Source: Rhynchopus sp. YZ270_cl-10 (taxonomy: Eukaryota). Taken from it: a DNA stretch of 64,000 nt. Where the stretch lies: positions 1,612,001 through 1,676,000 of the forward strand of contig OZ037844.1 in the NCBI GenBank assembly GCA_964035575.1, read 5' to 3'. The notes beneath the pieces were generated by a model, which saw nothing but the letters and a program-made list of their open reading frames with translations, had not been told where the DNA came from and ran no database searches. Position numbers and translations under genes: made by a program. Shown here piece by piece: positions 57,044 to 64,000 of the stretch. Every line of letters starts with the position of its first letter. Within the stretch, counting starts at the first letter, position 1.

Positions 57044-60000
57044 CACGGATGCTGCCAGATCTGGCCAGATCTCCAGATCTGGGCCTCCCAGATCTGGCCA
57101 GATCTGGAAATTTTTTTTTTTTTTTTGAAAAAAAAATTTTTCCCAGACGTCCCAGATCTGGCCAGATCTGGCCACATCTGGGAGATCTGGGACGTCTGGG
57201 AAAATTTTTTTTTCCAGGTACCCCCAATGACATAACGAAGTATCGCTTGAAGTACCGTTCAATATACGTTGCTCGTGTGTGCAAGTTACGAAGTAGGACA
57301 CACAAGGTATATCAAACGATAAATCAATCAGATAAACGTTACATCATTGGAAAATTGTTGGCACCGCCGCCCTGTCTTCGTATTTATTACGTCGACAGGC
57401 CAAACAGCGTTGGGCTCAGAAGAAGCAGTGCAAAACACTGGGGATCAACATGAGAACCAACTCCCAACAACACAGGCTACCGAAGTAGCAGGTGGGGTGT
57501 TGCGGGTGTTTGGGGTGAAAGAAAATCGATTTTGGTAAGTTACAGCAGAAAATTCTTAAGTTTGCACAATTGAGAAGGGTGTTACCACTGCCTAATATTA
57601 TTCGTACATGTGAACCGGTAAGGTCGAGAAGGGTGGACACGGCATACAAGTACAAGTAAGACGTACCTTCTACAAAGGCTGAATTCGCAATTCTTAAGGG
57701 ATTGAATTCAGCCCCCACGTGGTGTTTTTGAGAAAATCATTCCATGGTATACAGCTAATGGTTCCCGAAGAATGATTCGCCCCTCCTCGTTCATGCAAAC
57801 TTAAGAAAATTCTGAAGTAACTACAACCTGGCGTGCGGGTACAGATGCATTGCTTTGTTCTTTCCTCAAAGTCATGTGTGATCTCTCGGGTCTGTACTAA
57901 AGTCAGTGTTTAGATAAGCATCCACTTGACTCGTTCTAACAACCGTTGAAATCTAGAACAAAACAATACACTGCCCCTTCTCACACCAAGCCGCCATGCT
58001 TCAAGAGCATGCCCTGGGCAAAAATTACTTTGACAAAAATTGGTTTTCTGGGGGAACACAATATTTTCTTGTGCCTAGTCCTCCGCAAGAGCAGAGGACA
58101 GACTTTCCGGATCCCGAAGTCGAATTTCTTGCACTAGCTATGCTCCCTGGGTTAAATGGCTATAGCAGTGACTGACAAAGAGTTTCATAATAATTAGGGT
58201 GGTCTATGGGGTGGGTTAATGGAAAAGTTGGTATATAAACCCGACTTTTACGATCGCCACCTGGTTTTGAAATAATTGCACCAGCTCTTCCGTCGGCACT
58301 GCTTCGCTGTCACGATGAAGGGTCGTCGGTTCGGGTACCTGTTAAGAGAAATTGAATGTAAAAGTAGAGACTACAACAAAAAAACAAACAAACAAACAAG
58401 AAGCCGCCCCGTACCCCTTAAACGTAAAAGTGACATTTTTGTTGACAAAAAAAAAAAAAGGGGGAATAGTCAGTTATGCCCTACCCTTTTTTTGAAATGG
58501 TCAGAGATACCCGAAAATAAGTTCAGATATTGGTCAGAGATACCCGAAAATAAGTTCAGATATTGGTCAGAGATGCCCCATTTTCAAAAATAGGGCATAA
58601 CTGACCAATATCTGAACTTATTTTCGGGTATTTCGGGTATCTCTGACCATTTCTCAACTTATTTTCGGGCATGTCTGACCATATCGCCAACTTTTTTCGG
58701 GCACCCCAAAAAAGTTGGTTTTCGGGTATACCCAGATGCCCAGATACCCAGATACCCAGATACCCAGATACCCAGATACCCAGATACCCAGATACCCAGA
58801 TACCCAGGTCCAGGAACAGGTACCCAGGAACAGGAAAAAAGTCGTGAAAGAGCAACCACAGCTCCACATGACAAACACAAAAGTGTCCAGTCACGTGGGG
58901 CATTCATGCACTGAGGAGATAATGTTCCAACAATTTACAAGAAAGATTACTTAACCTACTGCTGGAGATTGCCAGGTCGTAGTAACACACAAAGTGTGCC
59001 TCCGTTCGGGAAGACCGGATATACTAGAGACCAGAAAGGCCTCAAGAATATCTTCCGGTAGTCAAGGTAGAACCGAGTGAACGGCCCAAGACCCCCGTGG
59101 AGAAGTTAAATGTTGTAATGCTATCAGGTAGAAACTGCGACCACTGTCTTACCCTCCTCAATGCATGGTGGTTGATGTCTTCCACAACAAATTTCCTGTA
59201 CCCAGGTACCCAGGTTCCCAGACCCACGCAGTACCACGTCGCAGTACTACGCAAAATTTACCACCAGACCCTGTCTTCGTGCACCTGAAGTACAACGCCG
59301 CAGACAGGCCAAACATGCGTTGGACTCAGAGGAATGCCCGCTGTGCAGGTATCATGAGAACCAACTCCCAGCAACAAGGGGCGCCTTTTGGCGGGCGTTG
59401 TTGAGGGTGTTTGGGGTGCAAAGTTTTCCACAATTTTGATGCGCGGGTACAGAAGTGTTATCTTGTTCTTTCATCTCTAGGAATGTAAATGTCAATCGCG
59501 TTTAACTACCACTAGGGCTTGTTCAGTGAACCCACGAGGGGTCGAAGGGGGTTGGTTATCCCATATCTATCAAAGGTTGTGTCGACCAGGCGAAACCACT
59601 ATGTTACGCTGTACGTTGTTAAATCCGAAGAAATAACACTTTAGCAGCCGCAGGAAGTTTGCTAAAAAGAGTGCCTCACGCTACACAAACCACCACCCGC
59701 GATTGACTTAGATGTTATAACAAAGAGAATTCAGAACAAAACAACACCCTGCCCCATACACACTAAATTGTCATGCTTCGAGAGCATGCCTGGGCCAAAA
59801 TTACTTGACAAAAAAGGCAACAAGACCACCCACAAGGAGTGTGAAATGTGCACTGGTTTTCTGGGGGAACGCAATATTTTCTTGTGCCTCGTCCTCCGTA
59901 AGCAGAGGACAGACTTTCCGGAAGGTTTCCAAAGTCGAATTTCTTGCACTAGCTATGCTCCCTGGGTTAATGGCTATAGCAGTGACTGACAAAGTGTTCC

Positions 60001-62876
60001 CACCCCCAGGTCTTCGTCCACAAACAAATCTAGAATAGATTGATTTGGGTGAAGCCTTGTATTTTGAGTTGTTGAATGTCGGAGAGCGGCGCTCATCGCA
60101 ATCACGGATGCAGTTCAGATTTCACGATCCTGTGATGAGTGTAAATGTGGGGTGTGATTAAGTATGGTGTACAAACGCAGTAGTCGGGAAGGGTGAGGTT
60201 AATGAAAAAAGTGGTAATAACTATGTATTTCCGCGAAATAAGGTAGCCTTTTTTCACGCTACAGAGAGTTTCCTGCTGCACTAATGGTTCCCAAGCGAAG
60301 CGAGGGACCATGTATAAGGGTTTGCGGGTTTGCGGGTATTTACCCCCACTAAAAGTAACTGTGTGTGGGGTAGAGGGGTGAAAATCATACCATGCTGCTT
60401 CAATACTGTCTCTGCTGTCGCATTCCCTCATGGTGGGTCACTCACCCACTGGGCAAAAAATCAAAGGGGGTACCCCCAAATAAGTGGGTACCCCAAATAA
60501 GTTCAGAGATACCCGAAAAAAGTTCAGATATACCCGAAAATAAGTTCAGATATAGTCAGTTATGCCCTATTTCTGGTTTTCGGGTATATCTGAACTTATT
60601 TTCGGGTATCTCTGACCATTTCAAAAAAAGGGTAGGGTATAACTGACTATTCCCCAAAAAAAAAATAGCTAAAAAATAGCGGACATGTCGAAAAGGGAGA
60701 AAACCGGGGGGGTTAAAAACATACCTTGCACTCGGCCCACTCTCCAGGTACAAAGAACATCACTGCATGACAAACCCACTACTACAATAGAAAATAACTA
60801 TTTTTTACCGAACAGAAAGGTCGTTTTTTTGATGAGTGTTTTCTGAGTGCACACTCAGTGGGGACAAAATGCAACACTTACCGAAAAAATTCTCCAATCG
60901 GACAAAAACCTTTCTAAACACCCAAAAAAAACACCTCAGTCCACATCCGCTGGGGTCGCGAGATGGAAATATATGGTTTTACAGCTTTTGGGGGGTCTAG
61001 CGTGGGTCCCAGATGCATTTTGCAACGGGTCTGTGTGTGTGCCTCAACCGCTTCACAGTACCCTTTTTTGTAACTGAAAACGACGCATCCTGTACCTAAG
61101 TGCACTGAAGCCTTGCTTGCGTCCTCCTTCGTGGTTTTGGGCGTTCGCATGCGAGAATCATTATCGCATTCTCACATGTAATTCTCGCATCACGGAGAGG
61201 AAGCGTTACGTGACCACAAAAAAAGTGCACAAAATTAGTTTGGTCAAAAACCACCTTGCACTTGTGAAGGAATTGCTAAGGAAATGTGAAATAAGCGTGT
61301 TTTGGTACACAAAAGTGCGTTTTGGGTGGTTCTGAAGGGTCAAAACACCAAAAAAATGCGTTTTTTTGCATTTTTGGTCACCCAAGGACCCACTATTTTG
61401 GTTGATATTTTTTTTTTCCCTTTGCGAAAAAATACCCAAAAATCACGGCTATAAAAACGCTAAGGAAAAATCGATATTCATTTTTTGGGCAGAGAAGTGC
61501 GTTTTAGGCGCCCACAGATGGTCAAAACATCAAAAAATTTGTGTTTTTGGCACCTTTGGACACCCAAGGACCCACCAGTGTAGTCTAGCTTGCCCAAACT
61601 GCTAGTGCATCGGCACTACCTATTTAATTTTGAAAATTTTCTTGCTAGTGCCGGGCACTACCACTGGCACTACCACTTTTTTTTTTCTTTTTTCAGAAAG
61701 TTTACACTTGCCAGACACGCAGAGACATAAGCCTCTGAGAGTGACCAGAACTGGCCTCATGAACAAAGTGACCCCGTCACAGCCAAATCGCGACTCAATT
61801 GATCAAACGCCGAAGGAAAAGGAAACATGCAGCATGGCGAAATAATAAAAGTAGCGTACCGTGCGCCTGCGGCGCAAATTTGCAACCCACCTTCCCATGA
61901 CATCGTATGGCTGTAAAAATGTACAATTTTAAGCGCAGTTTTTTGAATTATTGCGCACCGTGGCTTCGCCAGGAACCTTGATGCTATGACCACCGTTTCT
62001 TTTTGTACATGTACTGAGGTTACTGATAATTCGTGTGTCTGGTGCAAATATCAATGAAGTTGAACTCCGCAGTTGGATACCCGAGGAATTCTCACATTCC
62101 GCCGGGGCCCCGAATTTGAGCTGGGCCGGGCTCGACCGAGTTTTGAACCTAGCGTTTTTATTATTTTTTTTTATTTGCAAAAAAGTGGTAGTGCATGGCA
62201 CTAGCTTTTTTATTTTTTTGGAAATCTCAGGGACTACGCTGGGACCCACTATCAGGGGTGAATTTTTTTTGCCTGAGATTTGCCTTTGCCAAAAATCGAA
62301 AAAAAAAATTATGAAGGAAATTGCTAAGAAAAAGTCGAAATTGTAGGCCCCTGTAGTGCATATGGCGGTACCCCAGATCGTCAAAACACCCGACTCTTGC
62401 GTTTTTTTGCACTTTTTGGTGCACAAAAACCCTACTCAGGGGTCAAAATTTTCCCGGAAAAAAAAATTTTTTTTTCGAGATTTTTCAAAAATCGACTTGT
62501 CTTTGGTAAAAACCACGAAATTTCGGGTTCGCAAAACCACGTTTTAGACCCCCACAGATGCTCAAAAGTGCCAAATTTTGCTTTTAATGGCCTCAAATCG
62601 TCGAAATTAGCCCTATATAGGGGCGAAAAAAAAAATTCGAGAGTCCCTTTCCCTGGGAGACAATACCAGAAATCTGAGAAAAAAAAAAAACTGGCCAGAT
62701 TTCCAGATCTGGCCAGATCTGGGGGGTTTTTTTTTTTTTTTGAAAAAAAAGATTTTCCCAGATTCCCAAATCTGGCCAGATCTGGCCAGATCTGGAAACA
62801 AGATCTCCACATCTGGAAAACGAGCCAGATCTGGGAAATTGGCCCCCAAATCTGGCCAGATCTGGCAGCATCCGTG
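57044..62876. mobile_element. 5.8-kb composite non-autonomous TIR element with 6-bp TSD
   Basis: 27-bp TIR CACGGATGCTGCCAGATCTGGCCAGAT; AATTAG on both sides (57038-57043, 62877-62882); palindromic CCAGATCTGG subterminal repeats at both ends. Confidence 0.8.
58461..60655. mobile_element. Nested long-TIR (MULE/foldback-like) element
   Basis: About 70-bp TIR GGGGAATAGTCAGTTATGCCCTACCC...GATACCCGAAAATAAGTTCAGATAT, flanked by A-runs; internal (CCAGATAC)n at about 58732-58806. Confidence 0.75.
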
Positions 62877-62881
62877 AATTA

Positions 62882-63183
62882 GGGCTTAGTTATTTTTTTT
62901 TTTGGTACGCGTCCGCGCGCGCTCAAATTTTTGGAAATCCAAAAATAAAAAAAAATATGCCGGTGTGGTGTGCATGGAAAAGTATAAAAAAAAAGTTGGA
63001 AAATTTCAACAATTTTTTTTTCGAATATTTTTTTTTCGAAATATTTTTTTTTGGGCACAACATTGATTTTGCAGGCCAAAACAAGTTATTTTTTTTTTGG
63101 TATTTTATTTTTTTTTGCGCGCGCGCGCTCAAAATTTGAGGGGGGTCCCGGACGCGTACCAAAAAAAAAAAATAACTAAGCCC
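62882..63183. mobile_element. PIF/Harbinger-type (Tourist-like) MITE
   Basis: About 34-bp TIR GGGCTTAGTTATTTTTTTTTTTGGTACGCGTCCG; TTA duplicated (62879-62881, 63184-63186). Confidence 0.85.
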
Positions 63184-63186
63184 TTA

Positions 63187-63744
63187 CTGTAAAATCGTTT
63201 AATTTGTCACAATTTAATTAACTGATTTGAAATATCAGTCATAAATAAACTTTGTCACCCTAATAATATGTGTCACATTAAATGATGATTTAATTTATGT
63301 TTATGGTTATTTTGTGTCTACTTTTTAAAGTACAGCCTTGAGTGATACTTTCTGTATTAGCACTGCAACCTATCCTCAGTAGACAGCAGATCCCCGTAGG
63401 GACGGAAGCGGCCGCGGCCGCTCACATACGAAGCCTTCCCGATATCAGCCAGCGGGAAAGCGTTGCTTCCTGTGACGCTGCAAACCCGTAAACCCGCAAA
63501 GAGGGTTTACCCGCAGACCAAGGGGGTTCTGCTCCGCAGAACCCCCTTGGTCTGCAGCGTCTTTTCTCAAAACCAACAACCTGAACACCTTCTCCACTGC
63601 AGTATCAGAACCAGCTCCCCGTCTGTGGTCCCAAAACATAATTAAATCATCATAATAATGTGTCACTTATATAATTTGTCATTTTGTCATCATTTTTGCT
63701 ATTCTGTCACATTATTGTAGGTGACAAATTAAACGATTTTACAG
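63187..63744. mobile_element. MITE with TA TSD (Tc1/mariner-type)
   Basis: Perfect 24-bp TIR CTGTAAAATCGTTTAATTTGTCAC; TA on both sides. Confidence 0.85.
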
Positions 63745-64000
63745 TACCAAAAAAAACCAAAAATGACAACTGCGAAAAAAGCAAACCCCTTCAATCAGTC
63801 TACACTCATACCAAAGTTTCAAAAAGAACAATTTAAAACCGTTTTTTGGTAACATCCCCGCAGTCAGCCCATGGTATATCTATCTCTGCCACACCTTTGA
63901 ACAGAGGTATCAGATTGCATCCCCTCTTTTTTCTGCCCCTTTTTCCATATTTTTCAAAGCTAGTTTTTTTTCCCCCTCTCCCGTTCTTTCCTCCACAGAA

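Overview
Eukaryotic genomic DNA with apparently intron-free genes, all host genes on the + strand and pyrimidine-rich tracts upstream of them; a euglenozoan such as a diplonemid is my inference, not something the sequence proves. 1-13.4 kb: two tandem paralogous genes with 25-aa BspA/LRR_5-type leucine-rich repeats; the one whose 5' end is visible starts with a ubiquitin-like (UBL) domain. Each is interrupted by an independent copy of the same non-LTR retrotransposon, at essentially the same position of the 75-bp repeat unit. One copy has a long open ORF and runs off the window; the other is 5'-truncated, has an 18-bp target-site duplication (TSD) and is fused in frame to the LRR. The element has no poly(A) tail and ends in an unusual triple Cys/His repeat. 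The LRR units have a near-invariant framework with hypervariable NNC codons. Next come an S53 (sedolisin/TPP1-like) peptidase, a UBL-WD40 gene and four paralogous surface proteins (signal peptide, divergent head, Pro/Thr stalk, conserved 7-TM module; bodonin/DGF-1-like). Intergenic DNA holds many MITEs with readable TIRs and TSDs (TA, TTA, 5, 6 and 8 bp), a multi-level nested cluster carrying an intact DD37E Tc1-like transposon, short dispersed repeats and microsatellites. The best candidate for an undescribed system is a retrotransposon that targets the coding repeat unit of a diversifying LRR gene family.
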